Sequence record: OQ828465.1
Strand: one strand, 5' to 3'
DNA: 64,000 nt
Positions 37,441 through 47,060 of the stretch are shown one piece after another (positions within the stretch are counted from its first letter, which is position 1; every line of letters begins with the position of its first letter). The notes below the pieces were generated by a model, which ran no database searches, was not told where the DNA came from, and saw nothing but the letters and a program-made list of their open reading frames with translations. A program made the translations under genes and the position numbers.

Positions 37441-37962
37441 ATGGCTCTTATTTGTGGATATGGTGAAAATGCCGTACTATTCGGCGGTGATGTTGATGTA
37501 GTCGATTATGCAATGTCTCAAAGAAAATATACCTTAGATAATAAATTCATTATCCGTGGTATCGCTGTTATGAGTGCTGATAAAGAAGCACGACATAGTT
37601 TCTGCCGAGCTAATAGAGAGCTATTTCTTAGTCATCGCACAAAAGACTATAATGTAATCACACAACAATTCCAAGAATCGGTTAATAATTATAAAGTGAT
37701 GGTTTACATTGTATTCGATGACGAACTAGCCGTCTTTGTACCGAATACACCAATCACTGTACTGAATTATAAAAATAACCCAGATGGAGTTACTGTGATT
37801 AATAAAGGTTTCCGCTATAAACAGAGGGAGAGGCTTAAAGTTCTCATTAAAACATATCACAATGATCTACTGCTATTGGCTAAGAATATTGCAGATAATT
37901 CATTGAAAGATGTTAATCAACTAACTGTCTTTAAAGACGGAACTACCCAACGGTTTATTTGA
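37441..37962 (+). CDS. hypothetical protein
   Basis: 173 aa ORF. Confidence 0.8.
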   Translation: MALICGYGENAVLFGGDVDVVDYAMSQRKYTLDNKFIIRGIAVMSADKEARHSFCRANRELFLSHRTKDYNVITQQFQESVNNYKVMVYIVFDDELAVFVPNTPITVLNYKNNPDGVTVINKGFRYKQRERLKVLIKTYHNDLLLLAKNIADNSLKDVNQLTVFKDGTTQRFI

Positions 37963-38273
37963 GGTATCTTTACATGACCACTAAACAGCAGCGCATTACC
38001 TATCACTATCATTGTAAAGGTCTTAAACAGACATATCACCCAGTCATTGGTAAAGATGGGGAATTGAAACTGTCTGTACTTACACCTGATAATATTTATA
38101 GTCAATATCCATTATACGAGGATGTAGAAGATGAAGCTATCGATAAATTATGCGATCAGGTAGAACTACTACTGAGAAAAGAACTTGTGGGTGTAATTGC
38201 TATTAAATATAATGTCGATTATCTAGCTACCCCTGGTGAGAAATTAAAAGAAGTATATAGACTCGTAATTTAA
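37959..38273 (+). CDS. hypothetical protein
   Basis: 104 aa; terminator 38287-38306. Confidence 0.75.
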   Translation: MRYLYMTTKQQRITYHYHCKGLKQTYHPVIGKDGELKLSVLTPDNIYSQYPLYEDVEDEAIDKLCDQVELLLRKELVGVIAIKYNVDYLATPGEKLKEVYRLVI

Positions 38274-38331
38274 TAATGGTATAATTGCCCTCCTTCGGGA
38301 GGGCTTCTATTTCGTAAAAAGGAAAATACAA

Positions 38332-38772
38332 ATGAAAGCGTTCATCCCAAAATGGCGCCAAGACCCAAATAACGTTGACCATAAGTATGGTTATGAACTG
38401 AATGCGTACACCTCTGTTTCTGGTACTCGCGTCTTCATCGAACGTCGTGTTGAATACTACAATAAGAAAAAGAAACAATGGTGCGATGAAACAATTCAAG
38501 TAATTCATCTTGGTAAACTGAATTGTTATATTTGGAAACACTATCCAGTTATCAGTTTCAGAGATGTTGGTGTAATCTACGGTCGGTTAGAATTTGATGA
38601 ACTAAAGAAAGTAAATAAACTTATTCAGAGTTCAAATTCCGTATCTATTGAACTGATGGAATCTATTTCAAAAGAATATCAGGTTTATATCACAGCTGTA
38701 ATTAATAACATCAAATATGTGTTCAGCCCTGAACGTACTTATGTATCTGATGAGGGTTACGTAGATGACTAA
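38332..38772 (+). CDS. hypothetical protein
   Basis: 146 aa, AAGGA RBS. Confidence 0.8.
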   Translation: MKAFIPKWRQDPNNVDHKYGYELNAYTSVSGTRVFIERRVEYYNKKKKQWCDETIQVIHLGKLNCYIWKHYPVISFRDVGVIYGRLEFDELKKVNKLIQSSNSVSIELMESISKEYQVYITAVINNIKYVFSPERTYVSDEGYVDD

Positions 38773-39226
38773 AGCAACTACTAATATCGTAATACAAGAG
38801 AAGCTTAAAGAACTCCGTCATAATAGTGATTGGATGTATTACATGACTTCCCAGTTCACTAACTGGATGTCAATGACTCCAGGTGCACTGAATTATAAAA
38901 ACAACATGACCCCAGATGAGTATTACGAGCATCTGGTAACTTGGCGGGTGATGACTGAGGATCTAATCCGAGTTCGTAAATCAATTGGTATCAGTATGTC
39001 AGGTATGATTAGTGATACACTAACACATCTTGATGTAAATGAAGTAATGTGTGAGTTCAGTGTATCAGCTAAACTACGTGTTCATCGCAATCATTGGAAA
39101 ACCAATATGCTTTACTTGGGTCTTGACTGCGGTGATCATCTATGGCGTCCTAAAGAACGAGTATTCGTAGTTGGTCAAACGGAATGGTCTCGTTTCCGCG
39201 ATGCTATTGTCAATGGTGTTTACTAA
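38765..39226 (+). CDS. hypothetical protein
   Basis: 153 aa ORF. Confidence 0.8.
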   Translation: MTKATTNIVIQEKLKELRHNSDWMYYMTSQFTNWMSMTPGALNYKNNMTPDEYYEHLVTWRVMTEDLIRVRKSIGISMSGMISDTLTHLDVNEVMCEFSVSAKLRVHRNHWKTNMLYLGLDCGDHLWRPKERVFVVGQTEWSRFRDAIVNGVY

Positions 39227-39258
39227 GTGATTCCTTTATGTATTTAGGATAATTAAAA

Positions 39259-39771
39259 ATGGCAAAAACACTCCGTGTAGTACGTGTCCGTGATGGGATC
39301 GTTGATAGTCTTAATAACGATGGTCTATGGGTTAACAAACATACCTTTTGTATGGAAGAGGTATGGGAAGCCCACAAACAAACAACCCAATTCCAGTCTT
39401 ACAACTGGGGGACTATGTACTTCGTTAGTGAAAATGATGTAGCATGTAATCCATATCCTCATCATCAATACCGTGAAGTATGGATCTGTCAACGAGGTGT
39501 GCAACAAAAACTAGAACTATGTGAGGATTTAGAATCCGGTATAGTTGGGGATGATCATGTTGTAGTTATTATGACTACCACGGATGGATTAGATTATAGT
39601 TTTGTGAGTGGTGTGTATGGCGACCGTATTAACTACAGTCCTTACTATGGTGATGCCATTTCTATACCTTGTACCAATAATCAAGAAGCAGACGATGTCT
39701 ATCATATTCTAGCTAAAATGGCTAATGGCATAAGTCTATCTGTTCCTCTAGTAATGAAGCTGATTAAATAA
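39259..39771 (+). CDS. hypothetical protein
   Basis: 170 aa, AGGA RBS. Confidence 0.8.
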   Translation: MAKTLRVVRVRDGIVDSLNNDGLWVNKHTFCMEEVWEAHKQTTQFQSYNWGTMYFVSENDVACNPYPHHQYREVWICQRGVQQKLELCEDLESGIVGDDHVVVIMTTTDGLDYSFVSGVYGDRINYSPYYGDAISIPCTNNQEADDVYHILAKMANGISLSVPLVMKLIK

Positions 39772-39778
39772 AGGAGTA

Positions 39779-40144
39779 ATGATTATGGATTATAAATGGC
39801 ATGATAAGTTCATTATAGAAATTATTAGTAAAAGTTGTAAAAAAGATGGAATTGGTAAAAGTTACTTAGTGCGTAAAGATTGGAGAGATGTTAATCAGCG
39901 TGATTACGCCATTCTATCACGTATTGGTTTCCATGATGCACTTTTGCTTGATGAACATGAAGTCGAATACTATTTGAACAATGTAGCATTTGATATCGCA
40001 AAGGCCGTATGGGAGTCTGAAGGTAAACCAAAAGATACTGATATGCATATTCGGGCATTGCGCGTAGATATGGATAGCCTATCTAATAGATTCAAGATAT
40101 ATACTGATATAAAACTAGATATGGATAAGCACCGGAAATCGTAA
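39779..40144 (+). CDS. hypothetical protein
   Basis: 121 aa, AAGGAG RBS. Confidence 0.8.
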   Translation: MIMDYKWHDKFIIEIISKSCKKDGIGKSYLVRKDWRDVNQRDYAILSRIGFHDALLLDEHEVEYYLNNVAFDIAKAVWESEGKPKDTDMHIRALRVDMDSLSNRFKIYTDIKLDMDKHRKS

Positions 40145-40184
40145 AAGATATCCATCGTATACATTTATTAATAGGAACCTACAA

Positions 40185-40541
40185 ATGCAACTAGATAAAG
40201 ACAAATTGAAAGAATTGGTAAATATCATTGAAGAGAATACACGCCTTAAAGGTAAAGTATTCCACCAGGAAACCTACTCCAGTATTCATGGTGAAATAGA
40301 GGTTCGCAGTTACGCTGGTAATTTCATTTTCTATAAAAATCATACTACTGAACAATATGCAATGTTCAATGTAGAGTTTGACACACATGGTAAGGTAGTT
40401 AGATTCATAGCACCTGCACTATTACGTGCGACTATTATTTGGGAATTGAACGAAGAACCAGAATACTACAAAATCAACATCGAGCAAATGCTGATCGAAG
40501 CAGTAACCAATCACTTCAATACTGCCACACTACTACCTTGA
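40185..40541 (+). CDS. hypothetical protein
   Basis: 118 aa, AGGA RBS. Confidence 0.8.
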   Translation: MQLDKDKLKELVNIIEENTRLKGKVFHQETYSSIHGEIEVRSYAGNFIFYKNHTTEQYAMFNVEFDTHGKVVRFIAPALLRATIIWELNEEPEYYKINIEQMLIEAVTNHFNTATLLP

Positions 40542-40574
40542 AGTTAATTGATAACCATAACCCTTATAAAGCAC

Positions 40575-40627
40575 AGTGGATTTTATATTGTGGATATTAT
40601 TTATAGTGTCCACAATATAGATTCACT
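40575..40627 (+). promoter_or_regulatory. long G-U-rich RNA hairpin directly upstream of RBS
   Basis: about 23 bp stem, four G-U wobbles and one bulge on the + strand. Confidence 0.65.
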
Positions 40628-40641
40628 AAAAGGAATTTATT

Positions 40642-41157
40642 ATGAATAAACCAGAATTACTTTACCATGGTTCTCTGTATAAACAAGACGAATTAATGCC
40701 AGGATTTAAAAGATCTGGTGAACTTGTTATGTGGGATGGTATTGAGTCTAACCAATACCTATATGCAACGTCATCTGAAAAAGATGCATCTTATTTAGGT
40801 ATTGGTAGCGCTATCGAAAAGTTATTTGATAGTGATAGATATGCTACTGTTGATAGGGATATTACGATCTATTGTCAAAATAATATCGATAAAAGCGATA
40901 TTTTAAAAATGGTTGTGTATGTTTATACCATTCCATTTAGGGACTCTGACAAATGGATTAAGAATAATAATCCTCACAATAGCATTGATACTGAGTGGAT
41001 TACGAAAAACACTATCCATGATGTTACTGTAAAGAAACTAGATATTGGTGAATTTTTAAAAGGTGCTCGCTTAACTGTCACTAAAGCACCAGTGGATGTT
41101 GATCCATTAAACATCATGTCACAATACCGTTCAGTAACAGAGCGTTATCTGTTTTAA
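40642..41157 (+). CDS. ADP-ribosyltransferase-like protein
   Basis: LYHGS, LYATS, VYVYTIP, DTEWIT (H-Y-E-like layout). Confidence 0.6.
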   Translation: MNKPELLYHGSLYKQDELMPGFKRSGELVMWDGIESNQYLYATSSEKDASYLGIGSAIEKLFDSDRYATVDRDITIYCQNNIDKSDILKMVVYVYTIPFRDSDKWIKNNNPHNSIDTEWITKNTIHDVTVKKLDIGEFLKGARLTVTKAPVDVDPLNIMSQYRSVTERYLF

Positions 41158-41172
41158 TTAAATAGGTTAATT

Positions 41173-41637
41173 ATGTATCACATATCGACAATATACCTTG
41201 GGGATTATGTTTTATTAAGGCCATATATTCCAAGTAATAGAGCTGATGGCGAAGACAGTGTAACCAACCGTATATGTGTGGCTCCATCAGTTATTGAATG
41301 TATTGCAGCTAAAAGCGGGAGTTATGATATCGATCTTAATTTACTTGGTTCTAAATAAACTATTTACGCATACCGAAGTAATTCTACTGACTACATTATA
41401 GGAAATGTACCTGATCAAAAACAATATAGGGAACACTGGTATTTAAAACCAACTTTATTTGCGTATGTTGGCTCTCTGCAATTATTAGAGACTGGGGTGA
41501 TTAATGTAAGTAGTGAAGTCGATATGCATTCTAAATTAATGGTATCACATCGGTTAAACTACTTCAATAATATTATTAGTAAAGAAGAACTAATACACCA
41601 TTGGCATATAGAGGCTTTATCTATTTTAAATGGTTAG
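41173..41637 (+). pseudogene. second ART-like gene interrupted by an in-frame TAA at 41356-41358
   Basis: same frame stays open after the TAA for 92 sense codons (TIYAY...NVPDQKQYREHWYLKP...ILNG), completing the YHIS/RICVAP/VPD/EHW pattern. Confidence 0.7.
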
Positions 41638-41642
41638 ATCAT

Positions 41643-41675
41643 AATTTATTTAAGATCTATATTACAAGTGTACTA
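41643..41675 (+). promoter_or_regulatory. early promoter
   Basis: aatttatttaagatcTATATTAC (41658-41665). Confidence 0.7.
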
Positions 41676-41692
41676 TCAATAAACTAATAGGA

Positions 41693-42055
41693 GTGATACA
41701 AGTGGATTTTATAATTGAAATTATCGATAATCCCAATAGTGATACTGCGTTGTATGTTTATGATTATTGGGGTACCCTAACTACGGTTGTGGGTAATGCA
41801 AAAACCCTGGCAGAAGCATATAGTTTTAAATATTCATCCATTGACAGCATTGAAAAATTAAAAGCTGTCATTGGTAAAAATATCGAATGCATTTTTAAAG
41901 AAATGCATGATCAATCGAATAAGGTAATTCGTGTTAATATCGTAAAAGTAGATCTAGAGAATAAGATTATTAGTAAGCGCATCGAAATTGTAAAAAGCTA
42001 TAGTGTTATCAATAGTGATGGTGAACTTATTCTAATCACAGATGTAGTACGGTAA
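41693..42055 (+). CDS. hypothetical early protein
   Basis: GTG start after AGGA, 120 aa. Confidence 0.7.
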   Translation: MIQVDFIIEIIDNPNSDTALYVYDYWGTLTTVVGNAKTLAEAYSFKYSSIDSIEKLKAVIGKNIECIFKEMHDQSNKVIRVNIVKVDLENKIISKRIEIVKSYSVINSDGELILITDVVR

Positions 42056-42096
42056 TTGAATAAATAATTCATTAATTTAACATAGGTGATATAACC

Positions 42097-42969
42097 ATGG
42101 CACGTCGTTCTAATAAAATTCGTATTGGTTTTAACGTATCGCTTAAAGCGCTTGAACGAAATGGATCTGATGTAATTAAACTACATGATGACATCATATC
42201 TTGTTTTAGTGAACTATATCAAAATTACGTAAAAATTGATACAACTACTGACAAAGATGACAAATCACTAAAACAAGGCATTATTGATGTCGTGGTGTAT
42301 GTCGATCTAAATACAGCGAACCAAGCCATTCGTTTTAAAGGTATTAGTGATCTGGTAAACCATCTACAGTTTAATGTAATGGCGAATGATGTTATCGTCG
42401 ATACAAGTGAATATATTCAGCCTAGCCATATGTCATATATCGAAGATGGTCACCTGAATATGTTAGTGCGTCGAGAAGGTAAAGAGGTTATCAAAACCAT
42501 TTTCACTGATGAATATGGTGTTGATCCACTAGTTAATAATGGATCAATAGGAGATGGATGTAGTGTTTCCGGGATCTATCTAATCGGTGAAGAAAATCGG
42601 GTTAATAAACTGGCACGTATTGTTTCTAACAACATTCGCAACGGAGAGTTTAATTTCAAGACCGAAATAGGTATCCGTAAATTCTATTGGAGTGTACTCG
42701 GAAAACCAAGTGCGCAATTTAAGTATATCCACAGTGTGGTATTTAAGTACATCCACAATGAAATATGGAACCGTAATAGTTTCTATGTGGATACACTGAT
42801 TAAGCTAACCAATGGCAAAGTTTATAGCTATGCTAAGAATGGTTTTGTTGGTGGACCTACTGAACTAGAATTCCATTATTATGGTGTAACTGATCGAGAA
42901 AATTGGGATAATGCGTCAGACAATTTCCTATATCAGGAATTCGAGCAAAGTTGGTCTGTAAAAATCTAA
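42097..42969 (+). CDS. hypothetical protein, paralog of 43026..43811
   Basis: 290 aa; CSVSGIYLIGEENRVNKLARIV; terminator 42976-42996. Confidence 0.85.
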   Translation: MARRSNKIRIGFNVSLKALERNGSDVIKLHDDIISCFSELYQNYVKIDTTTDKDDKSLKQGIIDVVVYVDLNTANQAIRFKGISDLVNHLQFNVMANDVIVDTSEYIQPSHMSYIEDGHLNMLVRREGKEVIKTIFTDEYGVDPLVNNGSIGDGCSVSGIYLIGEENRVNKLARIVSNNIRNGEFNFKTEIGIRKFYWSVLGKPSAQFKYIHSVVFKYIHNEIWNRNSFYVDTLIKLTNGKVYSYAKNGFVGGPTELEFHYYGVTDRENWDNASDNFLYQEFEQSWSVKI

Positions 42970-43025
42970 TACATAAAGGGCTCTTCGGAGCCCTTTATTT
43001 TTTCTTTATTTGGCAGGAATATAAA

Positions 43026-43811
43026 ATGCATCGTCGAACTATGTACAGATTTAGCTTATCATATTCCAATAAACTTATTAATAATAACCCACTTGGTTTT
43101 ACAGTCGAGAGTTATCTTGAAAGCTGGTTTGACAAACTCAAGTGTCGATTAACTAAAGATTATACCAAAAGCCATGCTATTCATTTTCGTGGAAGTTGGA
43201 AATACTTTGAATTAGATCAATATAAGAACAATGCTTTCTTCAATCAATATCACATGGTGATGCAGTCACTAGAAGATCTAGAAAGAAAGATTAGTGGAGT
43301 GATTGGGTTAAGTATCAAAATCACTAAACCAGAACGACATTTATTTCATGTTCTATTTAACCATGAAAAGATTATTCTATCCCCTAATGGCATTATCTTT
43401 GATGTACGTGTTCCAAAACACACCGTGATAGCTAATCCTGATGTTATGGGATATCGTAATTGCAATGTAGATAAACTGACGGTATTTGGCGAGCGCTCTA
43501 AAGTTAACTATGTGGTTAAACAAGTACGTTATGCCTTAAAGCAGAAAGGGGTGACAACTGTTGCCAATAGTTCAATGACTCGTTTTTTATATGACCTATT
43601 TCATCCAAAATACAGAGACAATCAAATTTATAACTACGGCATGACTATGTCTGATGTTTATGTAATGGCCGTATTCAAAAATGGGTATACGGAAATCTAT
43701 GGTAAAGATGTAGGTGAAATATTTGAAAGTCATACTCTAGATTTTCTAGAACGTGAATACATGATCTGTGGACAATATTTTCCTAAGCTATCCAGAGGGA
43801 TGCTAGTATGA
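43026..43811 (+). CDS. hypothetical protein, paralog of 42097..42969
   Basis: ATG 43026 after AGGA, downstream of terminator; CNVDKLTVFGERSKVNYVVKQV. Confidence 0.85.
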   Translation: MHRRTMYRFSLSYSNKLINNNPLGFTVESYLESWFDKLKCRLTKDYTKSHAIHFRGSWKYFELDQYKNNAFFNQYHMVMQSLEDLERKISGVIGLSIKITKPERHLFHVLFNHEKIILSPNGIIFDVRVPKHTVIANPDVMGYRNCNVDKLTVFGERSKVNYVVKQVRYALKQKGVTTVANSSMTRFLYDLFHPKYRDNQIYNYGMTMSDVYVMAVFKNGYTEIYGKDVGEIFESHTLDFLEREYMICGQYFPKLSRGMLV

Positions 43812-45334
43812 TTATAGAAACCTTATTGCAATATTACGCCATGTTCATCGATATCTCTCAGAAGAATATGGTTATGGGTGGAGCTATCGGAATGGCAATT
43901 GGTGGTTTATTCTGGACCACTCTAAGAGGCTTACCAAGTAAACTAGCTATGTTCGCATTAAATCAGTTTACAGTTAGTCTACATATTACCAACATGGGTA
44001 ATGGGCTGAACGAGAAGAACTTTGATTGTTTCATGGAATGGTATATTAAGCAGCCATTAGCTGGATTTAATCGACGTTTTTCAACTAATGTTGATGAGCA
44101 AAGTTATAGTGCAACTAAACAGAAAATTGGTGTTGGTTTTGGCTTACATTTCTTTCTGTTTAAAGGTAGGTTATTCTGGTTTGTAAAAGCACGCCGGGAT
44201 AGTCAAAATGCCAGTCGAGATCAAATGGATATTACTATCCGTGGATTATCTAGGAGTAGTAAACTAATTATTGATTTAGTAGATGCTTACCATTGGCGCC
44301 CAAATGAAAGGGGTCTGACTATTTCACATTGGGATGGTAACCGTTGGGGCAATGAGATTGAAGTTACTAAACGCGATATCAACACGGTGATTTTGCGTAA
44401 AGAGATCAAAGAAGAATTCCTTAATAAGATTGAAGAATTCTATTCTGATCGGAAATGGTACGATGATCGTGGACTACCCTATAAATTCACTTGTGTTCTA
44501 ACAGGTCCTCCTGGTACTGGTAAAACCTCAATCAGTAAAGCGATTGCCTCACATTTTAATAAAAATGTTAGTGCACTGTCATTAGCCTCTATGACCAATG
44601 ATAGTCTTAGGCGGGCATTTACTACACTACCTAAAGGTAATATTCTTCTAATTGAAGATTTCGATGATACCCCGGCAGTTAAAGATCGTGTTTTAAATGA
44701 TCCTGTAAAACTAGATAAAGAGATAAAGGAATTAGAGAGGAAATATTCTTTTATTGATTTAATTGAAAAATATCCGTCTGCATGGGTTGATCTTAAAGAT
44801 GACTATGAAGGATACTCTGTAGTTGGGTTTAATGACACCATCTATATCTTTGATGAAAATAGCGATGATCAAGGTTTTGGGATAAGTGCTTATGCTATGG
44901 CTGAACTGGGTGTTTCAAAATGGGCCGATGAAAAAGATCCATTATTTACCACAATTCGCCGATGGTGGAAATTAAAGAAGTGCATGAAGAATGGAATCAC
45001 GTATGAACAACCAGCTAGCGGATTAACTTTGTCAGCTCTATTAAATGGGCTAGATGGCATTGTTCCACTAGATGAGACTATGACCATTCTAACTACAAAC
45101 CATCCTGAGAATATTGATAAAGCACTTCTAAGGAAAGGTCGCGTTGATTACATGGTGGAGATTCCATATCTACGAGATCAAGAGGTTAGGGAGTATATTA
45201 AACTAATGTTCCCTGACTTCGATATTCCTGAAGATATCAGATTTAAAGATCAGCCAGGGTGTGATGTAATGGCGGCTTTTTCAAATAACCGTTATGACCC
45301 TAATGCTTTTATCAATAGTCTATTGAAATATTAA
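43808..45334 (+). CDS. BCS1-like membrane-anchored AAA+ ATPase
   Basis: N-terminal TM, BCS1_N-like middle region, WYDDRGLPYK, GPPGTGKT, LLIEDFD, LTLSALLNGLDG, TTNHPENIDKALLRKGRVD. Confidence 0.88.
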   Translation: MIIETLLQYYAMFIDISQKNMVMGGAIGMAIGGLFWTTLRGLPSKLAMFALNQFTVSLHITNMGNGLNEKNFDCFMEWYIKQPLAGFNRRFSTNVDEQSYSATKQKIGVGFGLHFFLFKGRLFWFVKARRDSQNASRDQMDITIRGLSRSSKLIIDLVDAYHWRPNERGLTISHWDGNRWGNEIEVTKRDINTVILRKEIKEEFLNKIEEFYSDRKWYDDRGLPYKFTCVLTGPPGTGKTSISKAIASHFNKNVSALSLASMTNDSLRRAFTTLPKGNILLIEDFDDTPAVKDRVLNDPVKLDKEIKELERKYSFIDLIEKYPSAWVDLKDDYEGYSVVGFNDTIYIFDENSDDQGFGISAYAMAELGVSKWADEKDPLFTTIRRWWKLKKCMKNGITYEQPASGLTLSALLNGLDGIVPLDETMTILTTNHPENIDKALLRKGRVDYMVEIPYLRDQEVREYIKLMFPDFDIPEDIRFKDQPGCDVMAAFSNNRYDPNAFINSLLKY

Positions 45335-45358
45335 TATACTAAAAAAGGGATCTGTAAA

Positions 45359-45757
45359 ATGAGTCTACTTAACATTTTAAATACCGTTGCAGCGGTCAAT
45401 GGTTTGGCGCATAACTTTCTAGAATGTGATGATAGTTATAAAAAGGTAGTTGATAAACTGCCTTCTAAACTACATCAGCTTATTCAACGTTGTGAAAACC
45501 ACCGTATCACCATTACGCCCTATCAAGTATTACTTACAGAGCTTAGTAAGCTTGATAGGGAAGTAGATGATTTTAATATCACTTATTTAAACGATACGGA
45601 TGTGTCATTTAGCTATACTTCATTTCGATATCAGTATGTTGATGAGGATCGTATTACACATATTTTCATTGTTTCTGAAAAAATCGAACAGGTTCGCTCA
45701 TTCGTATTGCTGGCAAAACTAACTGGTTACAATGTAACTGTAAATACATGTATTTAA
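45359..45757 (+). CDS. hypothetical protein
   Basis: 132 aa ORF. Confidence 0.75.
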   Translation: MSLLNILNTVAAVNGLAHNFLECDDSYKKVVDKLPSKLHQLIQRCENHRITITPYQVLLTELSKLDREVDDFNITYLNDTDVSFSYTSFRYQYVDEDRITHIFIVSEKIEQVRSFVLLAKLTGYNVTVNTCI

Positions 45758-45849
45758 TTTTGAAAACATACTGGAGTTATTGATGTATTGAGTTGAAACT
45801 CAAAAAATAACTCCTACTTTAATTTAAAGAATACAAAAGGAATATTTCC

Positions 45850-46503
45850 ATGGCGTCAATCATTAGTCTACCTTTTATCAAACTAGTAATCAGCCGTAAT
45901 AATAATTACACTGTTAACCATCAGTCAGGTGCTGATAATGTACCTCATCTATGTGTTAAAGTAAAACATTCTAACGGTTATGCCTGGTTCGGTATTATCA
46001 TTGTTGATTATGAAAAACGTACCAATGGTTGGACTGAAGAAGAATTCAATGCAGTTGTAACTCGTTTTCATGAAGCAATGAATTCTCAATGTGATATCCA
46101 ACGATTAGAAACAGACATTAACCGACTAATGGATTCCATCCAAGATGTTGTTACCGGTCGGAAACGACCAACCCTATTTGGTGGCGATGGTAATGACTTC
46201 ATTCAAATGCATCTTCAAAATAATATCCAACTTGATATTTATCGGAATGAAATTAACGAAGATACTCTAACCTATGGTGGGTATCGTGGTAAAGTAAGTC
46301 TTCGCCATGGTTATGATGAATACAGCTTCTTCCTGTATCATCGTGGTATTATTCTAAACCATTACATCGATGCAGAGATTGCTAAAGAGCTAATTGAAGA
46401 TGCTCTTAATAAGACTTTCCCGGAGATTACTTATCTACCGCGAGCCACTGTCGAACCTACAGCAGTGGAACGCACTCGTAATAGACATCTGGATAAAAGC
46501 TAA
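45850..46503 (+). CDS. hypothetical protein
   Basis: 217 aa, AAGGA RBS. Confidence 0.85.
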   Translation: MASIISLPFIKLVISRNNNYTVNHQSGADNVPHLCVKVKHSNGYAWFGIIIVDYEKRTNGWTEEEFNAVVTRFHEAMNSQCDIQRLETDINRLMDSIQDVVTGRKRPTLFGGDGNDFIQMHLQNNIQLDIYRNEINEDTLTYGGYRGKVSLRHGYDEYSFFLYHRGIILNHYIDAEIAKELIEDALNKTFPEITYLPRATVEPTAVERTRNRHLDKS

Positions 46504-46505
46504 AT

Positions 46506-46919
46506 ATGGCTAGTCAACTTATCGTAGTTGATTTACAAAATCCTAGAAATAAACATATATACAGTGAACTAACTCATGAACATCCTAGAACAATAACATC
46601 ACATCTAGTTGAAGAATTAGATGATTTTGATGTTCATCAATATTCATACCAAGCGGAGTATAAGTCTGGGATTGATCTTAGATTAATATTCTTTTGGGAT
46701 GGACCATACACTGAACCAAGAGAAGAAGGTTATGAACCAACTGATCTAGAGAAAAAGTGTGTGAAGTTGTGTAGGCAATATGAGGTTGCGATTAACGGGC
46801 AATTATCTGTAGTTGATCACTCTCGGTTCCGGACGGTGTGTACCTTCAGATCAGATAATAGTTTACCAACAACTTTAGACTGGATTCATAAAGAACCCCC
46901 ATCTAAAGAGGTTGTGTAA
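46506..46919 (+). CDS. hypothetical protein
   Basis: 137 aa ORF. Confidence 0.8.
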   Translation: MASQLIVVDLQNPRNKHIYSELTHEHPRTITSHLVEELDDFDVHQYSYQAEYKSGIDLRLIFFWDGPYTEPREEGYEPTDLEKKCVKLCRQYEVAINGQLSVVDHSRFRTVCTFRSDNSLPTTLDWIHKEPPSKEVV

Positions 46920-46948
46920 AAAATAGTAAAAGAAATACACTATTCTAT

Positions 46949-47050
46949 GTAGTTCCTTTACGATTGCTCTTTTATCTTAGTTTCAGTTTTGCTGAAGAAG
47001 TACCAATGAGATACCCTCCCCTGATCGGGGAGGGTTTTTGACATCTAAGA
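46949..47050 (+). ncRNA. candidate late sRNA, 5' end complementary to the nrdB RBS
   Basis: TATGTAG at 46946, U-rich non-coding body, terminator ccctcccc-tgatc-ggggaggg-ttttt. Confidence 0.45.
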
Positions 47051-47060
47051 GGAAAATATA

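Noticed and set aside
41356-41358. Genome-wide stop-codon reassignment
   Set aside because: TAA, TAG and TGA all end genes normally elsewhere, and coding density is high under the standard code
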